Assembly (NCBI GenBank): GCA_051251855.1
Contig: JBPOGI010000001.1
Location: 192,001-256,000 of the forward strand
DNA from: Roseibacillus sp.
GTDB lineage: Bacteria; Verrucomicrobiota; Verrucomicrobiia; Verrucomicrobiales; Akkermansiaceae
DNA length: 64,000 nt
Reading direction: 5' to 3'
Shown: positions 19,901 to 28,681 of the stretch, piece after piece
Layout of the letters: every line of letters starts with the position of its first letter
How positions within the stretch are numbered: position 1 is the stretch's first letter
The notes under the pieces: generated by a model
What the model was told of the DNA's origin: nothing
Database searches by the model: none
What the model saw: the letters and a program-made list of their open reading frames with translations, nothing else
Program-made: the position numbers and the translations under genes

Positions 19901-21533
19901 CCCATTCGCGGATTGGGTCAATCGGTGGGTTCGTGACTTGGGCGAAGAGTTGCTTGAAGTAAGTGAAGAGGAGACGGGGATACCGAGAAAGGGGAGCAAG
20001 AGGAATGTCGTCCCCCATGGAGAAGACCGCTTCTTGGGACCCTTTGACCATGGGAGGAAAGACCATGTCGAGGTCTTCGGCCGTGACACCATGGGTCACT
20101 TGAAGGCGGGAGAGTTCGATGGGGTCGAATTCGCAGGTGGGAGAGTGAGGCTGGTGAGAAACGAACTTTTTGAGTTCGACGCGGTTTTCGTCGACCCACT
20201 TACCGTAGTTTTGCTTGGCTGCGAGACTGTTTTTGATTTCGCGGTCAAGGAGGAGGTCACCGGTAACGGTGTTGGCAGAAATCATCTGGCCGGGTCCGAG
20301 ACGACCACGGGCTGCGATTTGATTGTCGGGGACGGGGCTGGTTCCTGATTCTGAACCGATGATGAGAAGACCTTCTTGTGTGAGAGTGTAACGAGAGGGG
20401 CGGAGACCGTTGCGGTCGAGAGAGGCGCAGACTTTTTCTCCGTCGGTGAAGACGAGTCCCGCAGGTCCGTCCCAAGGCTCGGCAAAGGAACGGTGGTAGT
20501 GGAAGAAGTCTTGAATTTCTTCGGAAAGCTCCAGGTCGTGGCGGAAGGCTGGGGGAACCAGCATGCACATGGCGTGCTCCAAGGAGCGTCCGGACAGGAT
20601 TAGGATCTCCAAAGCGTGGTCGAGGGAAGCGGAGTCGGACTCCTTGCCGGACATGACGCCTTTAAGGAGATCGATGTCGTTGCCCCAAACTTCATTTTCG
20701 AAAAATTCTTCGCGGGAAGCCCACCAGTTTCGGTTGCCGCGCACGGTGTTGATCTCGCCGTTGTGGCACATCATTCGGAAGGGTTGTCCGAGTGGCCAAG
20801 CGGGAAAGGTGTTGGTGGAGAAACGCTGGTGATAGAGCGCGAGAGCGACTTGGAAATCAGAGTCCTGCAAGTCCCCGTAGAAGGCTTGCAGGGTAGCGGG
20901 CATCGCGAGGCCTTTGTAAGAAATGAGGCGTGAGGAGAGGGTCGGGATGTAGAAGTTAGGAACCTCCGCAAACTGGCGTTCAATAGTACGGCGCACGAGG
21001 TAGAGTTGGCGCTCGAAGTGATCGGGCTCCCAATCGCGGGGTCTTTCAAGAAGAAGGTGCTGAATGTTGGGCTGGCTGAGGGCGGCGAGCTTGCCGAGCT
21101 CATCGGAATGGACGGGGACTTCGCGCCAACCAAGAACTTTGATACCTCGTGCGGTAGCAATAGAGACTGCGGTCTCTTGGATAGAATTTGCGCCAGCGGC
21201 ATCCTCAGTGGGGAGGAAGAAGACTCCGACTGCGAGGTCGTTGATATCGCGGATAGAGAGACTGAGCTTACTGAGCTCGCGGGAGAAGAGAGTGCGAGGA
21301 ATCTGGGTGAGAATACCGGAGCCATCACCTGTTTTGCCATCGGCATCAATTGCTCCTCGGTGGGTCATGTTGCAGACCGAATCGATGGCGCGTTCGATGA
21401 TTTCGAATGATTTGACGCCGCCTAGGTGAGCAATAGCTCCCATACCGCAGTTGTCCTTTTCGTTGGCAAAAGAGTGCAGGGTTCCGGTGGAATCAGGAGT
21501 GAAATCGGGATGGTAAGGAGAATGGCTGGTCAT
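16914..21533 (-). CDS. gltB: Glutamate synthase large subunit
   Basis: EKDNCG (Ntn cysteine), HQRFSTNT, AQGAKPGEGG, CVYVRKCHLNNC, GXGXG C-terminal repeats. Confidence 0.97.
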   Translation of the reverse strand: MTSHSPYHPDFTPDSTGTLHSFANEKDNCGMGAIAHLGGVKSFEIIERAIDSVCNMTHRGAIDADGKTGDGSGILTQIPRTLFSRELSKLSLSIRDINDLAVGVFFLPTEDAAGANSIQETAVSIATARGIKVLGWREVPVHSDELGKLAALSQPNIQHLLLERPRDWEPDHFERQLYLVRRTIERQFAEVPNFYIPTLSSRLISYKGLAMPATLQAFYGDLQDSDFQVALALYHQRFSTNTFPAWPLGQPFRMMCHNGEINTVRGNRNWWASREEFFENEVWGNDIDLLKGVMSGKESDSASLDHALEILILSGRSLEHAMCMLVPPAFRHDLELSEEIQDFFHYHRSFAEPWDGPAGLVFTDGEKVCASLDRNGLRPSRYTLTQEGLLIIGSESGTSPVPDNQIAARGRLGPGQMISANTVTGDLLLDREIKNSLAAKQNYGKWVDENRVELKKFVSHQPHSPTCEFDPIELSRLQVTHGVTAEDLDMVFPPMVKGSQEAVFSMGDDIPLAPLSRYPRLLFTYFKQLFAQVTNPPIDPIREWAVMTLAAGLGRERNILSESPAHGRILHLESAILFEQEIEYIKERDEHGFKSAVLDTTFPAGDGAFGLRTAVEALCKSAEKAVDDGVEILILSDKEVCAERAAIPSLMVTGAVHHYLTKTRKRLRASLVIETGEARDTHQIACLFGYGATAVCPYLGYATARAILNDEKLIKKHKFPEDLTPEIAMANYRKALEKGLLKIMSKMGISVLNSYQGAQIFEALGVGAEVVDVCFTGTVTRIGGVGFNEIAHETLQRHNTAYAEPDATTPLDLGDPGYNRYRKAGESHAISTEVISNLHTFVKHNKIEDYDEYVKASLSNNPITIKDLLEFRTDKTTAISIDEVEPAEDIVKRFTTAAMSLGALSPEAHETLAIAMNRLGGKSDSGEGGEDTRRFEPYPNGDNARSAIKQVASGRFGVSAHYLVNCAEIEIKMAQGAKPGEGGQLPGHKVNGLIARLRNTQPGVQLISPPPHHDIYSIEDLAQLIHDLKEVNPSARVTVKLVAEAGVGTVAAGVAKACADNILVSGHDGGTAASPLSSTKHCGLPWELGVAEAQQTLVMNNLRDRVVLRTDGGFRNGRDVVIGAMLGAEQFNFGTIAMIAMGCVYVRKCHLNNCPVGVATTSPKWRAKFKGTPDHVVNFMMGVAEEARQHMASLGIRTVDEMIGHTGYLVQREVPNHPKASTVDLSKVLKEAIPANGGERFRTHERNMGIHKPALDLQILDDLRAHTGAAAESNPASLFMDSAPFEKTYPVVNTDRNIGTRLSGRIAEVYANHGLPKDTVKLTFTGSAGQSFGTFLCGGVALTLIGEGNDYVGKGMAGGSIIVHPPTDMSPSFEASENSIVGNTVLYGATGGELYVNGRAGERFCVRNSGATTVCEGVGDHGCEYMTNGLVVILGLTGKNFGAGMSGGVAYILDEDGQFQSRLNPEMVVALPVSRDADIAEVKGLIEAHFEKTGSPKAQQLLADWDKALQSMLRVIPKDRHTLEVEEAKHESAVEIAKA

Positions 21534-21758
21534 GAAGTTGTCTTTGGCTGAAGTCGTTTCCAGGGGGTCTAAGAATGTCTTTCCCGTCAATTCATCTCGG
21601 ATGGCAAAATTTCAAGTCTTTTCAGCAATCGCGAGCGGATGTCGGGGCGCGCAAAATAGGGAAGAGCAGCTGTCCTGCCAAGAAAATCGTCATCCTGAAA
21701 TTTCCTTGGTTCCGTTCTTGCTTGGGAATGGGTGCTGTGGTGAGGATGCGCGACCCTT

Positions 21759-22748
21759 ATGTCCGCCGATATTTCGCTCTCCGAGCTTGTCTCTCTCTTC
21801 GAGGCTCATTCCTCTTTCGTGCTGAGCAGCCATCTACGCCCAGACGGGGACGCGATCGGTTCGATGTTGGGTTTGGGACTGATTCTTGAGGGGTTAGGAA
21901 AGCAAGTGCGCTACATTCATCAGGATGGGGTGCCCGGGAATTTGACCTTTTTGGAGGTGAAGGGGAAAGAGCGCGTGATTCGCACGAGTGAGCTGGATGC
22001 GGTGGAGGGAGAGGTTTTTGTGGCTCTAGATACCGCGAATGAGGAGCGTTTGGGCGAAACCGTGCTCGCGTTGGTGCCTCAGGGAGTCAAGCGAGTGATT
22101 ATTGACCACCACATCACGAACGAGCGCTATGGCGACCTCGTTTGGGTCGATGCGGAAGCTCCTGCGACAGCGCAAATGGTATGGGAGCTGGCAATGGCGG
22201 GAGGCTGGGAGATTCCTGCGGCGGCTGGGATGGCTCTGTATGTGGGGGCTTCAACGGATACGGGGTCTTTTCAATATGCCAATACTACGGCGCGAACCCA
22301 TGAGATGGCGGCACACTTGGTGGCTGCTGGCTTGGATGTGGCAGAGGTGAATCGGCTGACTTATCAGAATTTTCCTTTCCGGAGGGTGGAGCTTTTGCGG
22401 CTGCTTCTGCAGAGCTTGGAGCGCAGTGAAGATGGGCGCTTGGCTTGGTGGAGTCTGACGATGGAGATGAAGCAGGCGGTCGGCTATCAACCGGGAGACA
22501 GTGAGGGTTTAGTGGATGTGATGCGGGGTATCGATGAGGTGGTGGCCTGTGTCTTTTTCGAGGAGATTAATGATGGCTCCATTCGGGTTTCCACTCGCTC
22601 TAAGTCCGAGTCTGTGAATGTGAGTGAACTTTGTGGGCTTTTTGGCGGAGGGGGTCATATTTTAGCCGCGGGTGCGCGATTGGAGGGCCCTATCGAAGTG
22701 GCCCGTGAGCGGGTGGTGGCGGCCTTGAAAGAGGCCGCGGCTCAGTAG
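21759..22748 (+). CDS. nrnA: DHH family oligoribonuclease/pAp phosphatase
   Basis: HLRPDGDAIGS, IDHH, TDTGSF, GGGGH. Confidence 0.88.
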   Translation: MSADISLSELVSLFEAHSSFVLSSHLRPDGDAIGSMLGLGLILEGLGKQVRYIHQDGVPGNLTFLEVKGKERVIRTSELDAVEGEVFVALDTANEERLGETVLALVPQGVKRVIIDHHITNERYGDLVWVDAEAPATAQMVWELAMAGGWEIPAAAGMALYVGASTDTGSFQYANTTARTHEMAAHLVAAGLDVAEVNRLTYQNFPFRRVELLRLLLQSLERSEDGRLAWWSLTMEMKQAVGYQPGDSEGLVDVMRGIDEVVACVFFEEINDGSIRVSTRSKSESVNVSELCGLFGGGGHILAAGARLEGPIEVARERVVAALKEAAAQ

Positions 22749-22764
22749 AAATATTTTCAATTAG

Positions 22765-23490
22765 ATGAATCAAAACGAACAGATACCAAGCGGCGTGTTA
22801 CTCGTCGATAAGGCTCAGGATATGACTTCTCATGATGCGGTTGCTATTGCGCGACGCTCTCTGGGAATTAAGAAAATTGGCCATTGTGGAACGCTCGATC
22901 CGATGGCGACGGGGCTTCTCATGCTGGTGGTGGGGAAAGCGACGAAGATTCAGGACTTGCTGATGAGCGAGGACAAAGAATACGTGGGCACGCTGACTTT
23001 GGGAGCGACGACGAATACCCAGGATGCCAAGGGTGAGATTTTGGTGGAGAAGCCGTTTGATCATGTGAATGACGAAATGGTGCGTGAGGCTTTCGAAAAA
23101 TACACCGGCAACTTCGAGCAGATTCCACCCATGGTTTCTGCCATTAAGAAGGATGGAGTTCCTCTTTATAAGTTGGCGCGCAAGGGGGTGGAAGTGGTTC
23201 GCGAGCCGAGACCGATTTACGTGACTGGGTACGAGATTAATCGCATTGCCTTACCCGAAGTCGATTTTGTGGTTCAGTGCTCGAAGGGCTTTTACGTGCG
23301 AACTTATGCTCACGATATTGGGGCAGACTTGGACTGCGGAGCGCATTTGAGTGCTTTGCGTCGCACGCGGTCGGGTAAATTTACGCTGGAGAGGGCGATT
23401 ACGGTGGATCAGCTGAAGAACGGGGAGCGAGAAGAGTTGCTGAACTCCATGGTGAGCTTGGCGGAGATTTCCTTGATGCGGGGGGCTTAG
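22765..23490 (+). CDS. truB: tRNA pseudouridine(55) synthase
   Basis: GHCGTLDPMATG, QIPPMVSAIK, CSKGFYVRT. Confidence 0.96.
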   Translation: MNQNEQIPSGVLLVDKAQDMTSHDAVAIARRSLGIKKIGHCGTLDPMATGLLMLVVGKATKIQDLLMSEDKEYVGTLTLGATTNTQDAKGEILVEKPFDHVNDEMVREAFEKYTGNFEQIPPMVSAIKKDGVPLYKLARKGVEVVREPRPIYVTGYEINRIALPEVDFVVQCSKGFYVRTYAHDIGADLDCGAHLSALRRTRSGKFTLERAITVDQLKNGEREELLNSMVSLAEISLMRGA

Positions 23491-23517
23491 GTTGCGGGTT
23501 TTTAGTGGGGTTTTAAC

Positions 23518-23551
23518 CGCAGAGGCGCTGAGGTCGCGGAGGAACGCGGAG
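23518..23551 (+). repeat. Short tandem repeat, 4 x CGCNGAG(G)
   Basis: cgcagagg, cgctgagg, cgcggagg, cgcggag in tandem. Confidence 0.6.
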
Positions 23552-23652
23552 TTTTTTCAGAGAGAGGCTTTGGAGAAAGTTTTTGCGGAGCTGCTGTGGT
23601 GACAAAGCGGGCTGGGTGGGCTTTCTCGGCATCTTTTCCGCCCGGGTTGTTA

Positions 23653-23854
23653 TACCACTCCGAGTTTCAAAAGAGACAAATGATGCTTTTTCGGCTTTTG
23701 GAATTTGCGCTTTGCGACAGCTGGAAAAGGCCGGACGCTTTTCCGAAATAGCAGCGTTTTTCCTCGGTCATGGTGCTTGCACCACTCCCTCGTCATGCCT
23801 TGCTTTTTCAAAAAATCGCACCGGCATTTGTCTCTTTTGAAACTCTACTTGGTA
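23653..23854. mobile_element. MITE (202 bp) with 30-bp imperfect terminal inverted repeats and TTA direct repeats
   Basis: Perfect 21-bp IR gagtttcaaaagagacaaatg (23662-23682 / 23825-23845), tacca/tggta ends, TTA at 23650-23652 and 23855-23857. Confidence 0.8.
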
Positions 23855-23918
23855 TTACCAACCCGGCTTCGCTAGAGAGGAAGTGGGGGGGGACTCGCGG
23901 TCCAGATGGGTGGGCACG

Positions 23919-23944
23919 AAAAAAGACGCCTCAAAGGGCGTCTT
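23919..23944 (-). terminator. Intrinsic terminator after the bS22-like gene
   Basis: aagacgcc/ggcgtctt stem with a T run on the minus strand. Confidence 0.75.
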
Positions 23945-23991
23945 GAGTGGGGTCCGTGCACAGGGACGGAGCAAGCTAGGTTGCGAAGAAC

Positions 23992-24096
23992 CTAGGACTT
24001 GTAGCGAAGGCGCTTCTTGTGGCGGTTGGCGCGCATACGCTTCTTCCGCTTGTGCTTATTGATTTTTGTTTTCCGGCGTTTCTTTAATGAGCCCAT
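23992..24096 (-). CDS. Small basic ribosomal protein, bS22-like (AURKAIP1/COX24 domain), 34 aa
   Basis: Manual translation MGSLKKRRKTKINKHKRKKRMRANRHKKRLRYKS; fits the family pattern KKRR...KHKxKK. Confidence 0.88.
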   Translation of the reverse strand: MGSLKKRRKTKINKHKRKKRMRANRHKKRLRYKS

Positions 24097-24139
24097 AAGG
24101 TGTTTCTGTGGTTCGGGTTCTTACTTTCTTAAGAGTGAT

Positions 24140-25015
24140 TTAAGGGACGATCTTATTGAGGGGGAATTCGATGATACCTTCCGCGCCCAGTACTTTCAAG
24201 TCAGGGATGATTTGACGGGCAACTGATTCGCAGATGACGGTTTCAACTGCTACCCAGTCGCCATCAGCGAGAGGGGAGACGGTGGGGCGGCGAAGGGAGG
24301 GGAGGATTTGGAGGACGGCGTCGAGAGAGTTTTGGGGGAGGTTGAGCTTGAGCCCTACTTTGTCGCGAGCTTCCAGCGCTCCCTTGATCATCATGACGAT
24401 ACGATCCATTTTTTCTTTTTTCCAATCATCGGCGTAAGAGGCCTTATTGGCGTAAAAGTGAGGGAAAGAACGAAGGAGTTCGTCGACGATGCGGAGTTTG
24501 TTGGCACGAAGAGAAGATCCGGTCTCGGTGACATCGACAATGGCGTCGACGAGGTCGGGAACTTTGACTTCAGTCGCTCCCCAAGAGAATTCCAGTTTGG
24601 CGGAAACACCCTTTTCGGCCAGGTAGCGCTCGGTAATCCCAACGCCTTCGGTGGCGATACGCTTACCTTCAAGGTCTTGGACGGTCTTGATGGGCGAGTT
24701 TTCGGGGACAACGAGGACCCAGCGGGTGGGACGAGTAGAGGCGCGAGAGTATGGAAGTTCGGCCAAATCTTCGAGGTCGGCCTTGTTTTCATAGACCCAG
24801 TCGTAGCCTGTGATGCCGCAATCGACAAAGCCTTGGTCGATGTAGCGTCCGATTTCTTGGGCTCGAATCATGTAGATATCGAGGTCCGAGTCGTCGGAGG
24901 AGGGTCGGAGACCGCGGTCAGAAGAATAGATATTGTAACCGGCCTTCTCTAGAAGAGAGAGGGTCGGGGCTTGGAGAGAGCCTTTAGGAAGGGCTATTTT
25001 CAGTTGCTGACTCAC
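24140..25015 (-). CDS. hisG: ATP phosphoribosyltransferase (long form)
   Basis: IALPKGSL, IRAQEI, GATE, VDVTETGSSLRAN and C-terminal regulatory domain. Confidence 0.96.
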   Translation of the reverse strand: MSQQLKIALPKGSLQAPTLSLLEKAGYNIYSSDRGLRPSSDDSDLDIYMIRAQEIGRYIDQGFVDCGITGYDWVYENKADLEDLAELPYSRASTRPTRWVLVVPENSPIKTVQDLEGKRIATEGVGITERYLAEKGVSAKLEFSWGATEVKVPDLVDAIVDVTETGSSLRANKLRIVDELLRSFPHFYANKASYADDWKKEKMDRIVMMIKGALEARDKVGLKLNLPQNSLDAVLQILPSLRRPTVSPLADGDWVAVETVICESVARQIIPDLKVLGAEGIIEFPLNKIVP

Positions 25016-25183
25016 GGCGGGGCGGGGTTGTTAATCACGCAAGAGTGTTAAAGCAAGGATTAACCGAGTTGAAGGAGCGCTCTTTTATTCGCCGTTTTTG
25101 AGTCTTGGAGGGAAGAGAATTCAAGAGTCCGTTAAGCTTTGTTGACCGCGCGCTTGGACTAGGTAGGATTTCGCCATCTAAAC

Positions 25184-25636
25184 ATGAGTGACGCTAAACA
25201 AGCAGAAGAAGTGCTGGATTCGGTCCTAAGTAAATTGGGGTTCACCTATAGCATCGAGCAGGAGGAGGGTGAGGAAGGAACCGTGCTGCAGATTCGGACT
25301 GAGCAAGGGAAATACCTGATTGGACGCAGCGGGGATCGCCTCGATGATATCCAGTATCTTGTGAACCGGATTTTGCAGAAAAAGAATCCCGAGGCTGATC
25401 GGGTGAGGATTGATTGTGAGGATTATCGGGTGGAGCAAGAGCAGAAGCTTTGTGAAATGGTTCTGGATTCAGCTGAAAAGGTGAAGGAATCGGGTAAGCC
25501 GATTCGCTTGAAGCCTTTGAATGCTTATTATCGCCGTATTGCGCACAATGCGGTTGTGGATGATCCCGAGATCGAATCCACCTCTCCCGGGGGGAATGAC
25601 CGCATGAAGCGGATCACGCTGAGGCTGGCGAGATAG
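25184..25636 (+). CDS. Jag/KhpB-like KH + R3H RNA-binding protein (no Jag_N domain)
   Basis: LIGRSGDRLDDIQYL (KH) and LNAYYRRIAH (R3H). Confidence 0.85.
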   Translation: MSDAKQAEEVLDSVLSKLGFTYSIEQEEGEEGTVLQIRTEQGKYLIGRSGDRLDDIQYLVNRILQKKNPEADRVRIDCEDYRVEQEQKLCEMVLDSAEKVKESGKPIRLKPLNAYYRRIAHNAVVDDPEIESTSPGGNDRMKRITLRLAR

Positions 25637-25649
25637 TCCGCTGATTGCG

Positions 25650-26453
25650 ATGGAAGGAATTATTCTCATTTTGGCTTTCACTGCGTTGGCGGTGGGGGCC
25701 TATTTTTTGCAGCGAAAGAGGCGCGAGATGCGTCGACTCGAGTTGGCGACTTCTGTCTTTACGGAAGAGCAGCATCAGTGGGTGCGGGAAAATTGGAAGC
25801 TCTGGGACGAGTTGCCGGAAGGTCTGCGCACTGAAGTAGAAGGCTTGGCGCTGGTCTTTTTGGACGAGAAAGTCTTCGAGCCTTGCGGTGGGGTTGAGGA
25901 GGTGACTGATGAGATGCGCTTCGTGGTTGCGGCCCAGGCGTGTTTGCTGTGGGCCAATCAGCGGGGGGCTCCATATCCTGCGCTGCGCGCGATTCTGATG
26001 TATCCAGATGCTTATCGAGTGAAGGATGAGTATGGGATGGAAAGCGTTCGTCTGGGCGAAAGTTGGAGTCGTGGCACAGTGGTTTTGGCTTGGAAGAGTG
26101 TGAAGGGGGGAGGCCTTAACGATGAGGATGGGCACAATTTGGTAATTCATGAGTTTGCGCATCAGCTTGATACTGTTAACGGGCCTGCAGATGGGTTTCC
26201 CGAGCTTCCGGGGAATGCCGATTTTGATAGTTGGCCAAAGGTGTTCGCGCGTGAGTTCGAGCGTCTCTGTCGAGATGTGGAAAGTGGCCGCAAGACGGTG
26301 ATGGATGCTTATGGCGCGACCAATGAGGCTGAGTTTTTTGCAGTGGCGTCTGAGACCTTCTTTGAGAAATCACGCAATATGGAAGAGGAGCACCCAGAGT
26401 TGTATCGTCTGCTACAAGGCTTTTTCGCGACAGATCCGAAAAGTTGGTCATGA
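25650..26453 (+). CDS. MtfA-like zinc peptidase (M90)
   Basis: VAAQACL, LGESW, HNLVIHEFAHQLD, YGATNEAEFFAV. Confidence 0.9.
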   Translation: MEGIILILAFTALAVGAYFLQRKRREMRRLELATSVFTEEQHQWVRENWKLWDELPEGLRTEVEGLALVFLDEKVFEPCGGVEEVTDEMRFVVAAQACLLWANQRGAPYPALRAILMYPDAYRVKDEYGMESVRLGESWSRGTVVLAWKSVKGGGLNDEDGHNLVIHEFAHQLDTVNGPADGFPELPGNADFDSWPKVFAREFERLCRDVESGRKTVMDAYGATNEAEFFAVASETFFEKSRNMEEEHPELYRLLQGFFATDPKSWS

Positions 26454-26656
26454 TATCTGACTTGCTTTGAAGATGAAGTTCTTCGAAGTGAAGTTTTATA
26501 TGTATCTCTAACTCTTATGGATGAATGGATAGCGTGGCTTTCGCGTTAGGAAGGAGTCTGGTTGGAAGTGTTTTTTTTGGAAAACGCATGTCAAATTGCA
26601 GGCTCTATCTGCCTGACAGCTGGGCTAGAACAGGGTTGCCTAAAGGGGTGAATTTC

Positions 26657-27610
26657 ATGAGTGCTTCTCCATTTCGTACAACAACAGGACCTTTTATCGA
26701 GGTTCCTGTTCCTGTTGCTCCTTCCTCTCTCTCTGAGGCGAAAAGGGATCTGGAGGATGTGCCATTCGAGGCAGATATCCACGAGTTCCCCGCCCGAGAG
26801 CAAAGTCAGTTTTCCACTGCGCCCAAGGCGAATCGACACGGATGGCTCAGCCGCCTTTTCGCTGGGCGTGCCGAGCGCCGGTTGCGCGAAGAGATGTTGA
26901 AAGCTGAGCTGCAAGACCTCCGAGCGAGCTATGCGGGTCTCTTGCACTCTACTGAAGACATTCGCGAGCAGTTTGAAGCGGAGAAAGAAGAGCGAAAAGG
27001 GGTGGCAAAGGCTTTAAGTCCGTTCCCTGCGGCCGTGGCGGGGATTGAGAATTTACAAACTCGTCAGGAGGAGGCGGGTGAAATTTTGAGCACGATTCGT
27101 GAGCGCCTGGATTCTACCGTGAATCGTGACGAGTCTCTCTTATCGGCAATGGACTCGGTCCACGGGGGAGTGGGTAAACTTCAGACCGAAGTTGGAGCCG
27201 TGAACGTTGGAGTAGAGAAGGTGACTGAAGTTGTTTCGGGAATTGCGGAAGGACAGATCGAGGTGGGCGCGAGTATAGAGAATTTTGATAAGAAGATGGA
27301 GCTCCGTTTCGAGGAGGCAGCCACTTCGGCTCAGGTGAATGTCGAGCGCATGGAGCAGTCGGGCGACGAGGTGTTGCAGGTACTTCGTCAAATGGAGCGC
27401 AATAGCCAGCGAGGTCTCTGGATCTTTGCGAGTTTGTTAGCGATTCTGTTTGTTGCTCTCATTTGTTTCTCTGCAAACGTGAATCGCCTGACTTCTTCAG
27501 CAGTGGTTGAACCTGTATCTGCGCCAGTGACAGCTCCTGCAGTAGTGGAAGAGTCCTTGATTCCTTCAGAGCCTGTCGCGCAGGTTTTGGAAGACGATTT
27601 CGAGTTCTAG
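26657..27610 (+). CDS. Hypothetical coiled-coil protein with C-terminal TM helix
   Basis: Long ORF with heptad-like composition and a GLWIFASLLAILFVALI segment; start codon uncertain. Confidence 0.7.
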   Translation: MSASPFRTTTGPFIEVPVPVAPSSLSEAKRDLEDVPFEADIHEFPAREQSQFSTAPKANRHGWLSRLFAGRAERRLREEMLKAELQDLRASYAGLLHSTEDIREQFEAEKEERKGVAKALSPFPAAVAGIENLQTRQEEAGEILSTIRERLDSTVNRDESLLSAMDSVHGGVGKLQTEVGAVNVGVEKVTEVVSGIAEGQIEVGASIENFDKKMELRFEEAATSAQVNVERMEQSGDEVLQVLRQMERNSQRGLWIFASLLAILFVALICFSANVNRLTSSAVVEPVSAPVTAPAVVEESLIPSEPVAQVLEDDFEF

Positions 27611-27614
27611 GTCG

Positions 27615-28460
27615 TTATCTTTTTAAGGCGGAGCGGATGAGTTCCCTTTGTTTTTGAGCCTGCCTTTGAACGGTTTCCTTGTAACCGCTGGCTGCGCTTC
27701 TGTGATGGACTGATTGAGAGCCTCTCGGGGAGGGTTTGCGCTGGGTTCTTTGAGTGGGGGGTGGGCTCGAAGCGGAAGAGTTCTGATTTTGTCTAGAGGG
27801 TCTCGAATGTTGCTGTTCACAGCCTTCACTATCGCGTGTTTTGTTGTTTGAGATGAGATGGTGGGCGTTGTGGATATTAATGAGCTTTTGTTGCTTGCTC
27901 TCTTTCCTTCGGTGTTGCTCAGCATTTTTCAGGGATGCGAGTTCTTCTCGGCGGCGCTGTTGTTCCCTCATGAGCCATTGGGTCTCCATGGCTGCTTGTT
28001 GAGCCTTCTCATGAGCGAGATCCGCTTGGGCTTCTTGAGCTTTTGCGGTGGCGAGCATGAGTTGGTTGCGAATTTTCTCCCGTTCGATTTGGCGTTTTTG
28101 TTCCTCACTATGTTTCTCGATTTGGGCAAGCTCCTGCGCTTTTTGCTTGGAAGCGGCGAGAGCTTCACGCTTTCTGAGGGCCTCTGCGTGAACGCGCTGC
28201 TGGACGAGACGCTCGGCCACTCCGAGTTGGATCACTTGTCGATAGTGTTCGAGGGCTCGGTTCTCGATGGCGCTGAGAAGAGGGCTAGAGGTTTCTTTAG
28301 CTTCAAGGGCTTCTTCTTTGGGTGCTTCTTGAACAGGGGAACTTGGGGGCGAGAGGGTCTGGAGGACGGTCTCTTTTTCTTGAGGAAAATCGAATTGCCA
28401 AGCAGCACCTCCAAGGAATGCGAAAGCTCCCACTAACCCGAATTTCGCGAACGACTTCAT
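27615..28460 (-). CDS. Hypothetical exported coiled-coil protein
   Basis: N-terminal hydrophobic segment, Q/E/K/R-rich helix, low-complexity tail. Confidence 0.6.
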   Translation of the reverse strand: MKSFAKFGLVGAFAFLGGAAWQFDFPQEKETVLQTLSPPSSPVQEAPKEEALEAKETSSPLLSAIENRALEHYRQVIQLGVAERLVQQRVHAEALRKREALAASKQKAQELAQIEKHSEEQKRQIEREKIRNQLMLATAKAQEAQADLAHEKAQQAAMETQWLMREQQRRREELASLKNAEQHRRKESKQQKLINIHNAHHLISNNKTRDSEGCEQQHSRPSRQNQNSSASSPPPTQRTQRKPSPRGSQSVHHRSAASGYKETVQRQAQKQRELIRSALKR

Positions 28461-28681
28461 TAGGGATAAAACGAGGACGTCTTGCCCGTTATTCAGATAA
28501 ATTTGGTACTAGCTGGTCTCGATTTTTTCGGAATGGCTGTTAAGAAACTCAGCCTTCCCAAGGCAGTTGGGACCTGTAAACTTCAGTCGTTGGGCTTTAG
28601 GCTGGACGGGGAACGTGGCGGGACCGTCTTAATCTGCGGACGACCAAAGACGAGTCTCCTGGTTGGATTGAGCAGTGCTTT

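Noticed and set aside
23583..23840. 85-aa ORF over the MITE as a possible transposase fragment
   Set aside because: No DDE or HTH features; it starts outside the element
26473..26511. 12-aa Phe/Tyr-rich ORF (MKFFEVKFYMYL) as an attenuator leader
   Set aside because: The downstream gene is not an amino-acid biosynthesis gene and no attenuator hairpins are evident
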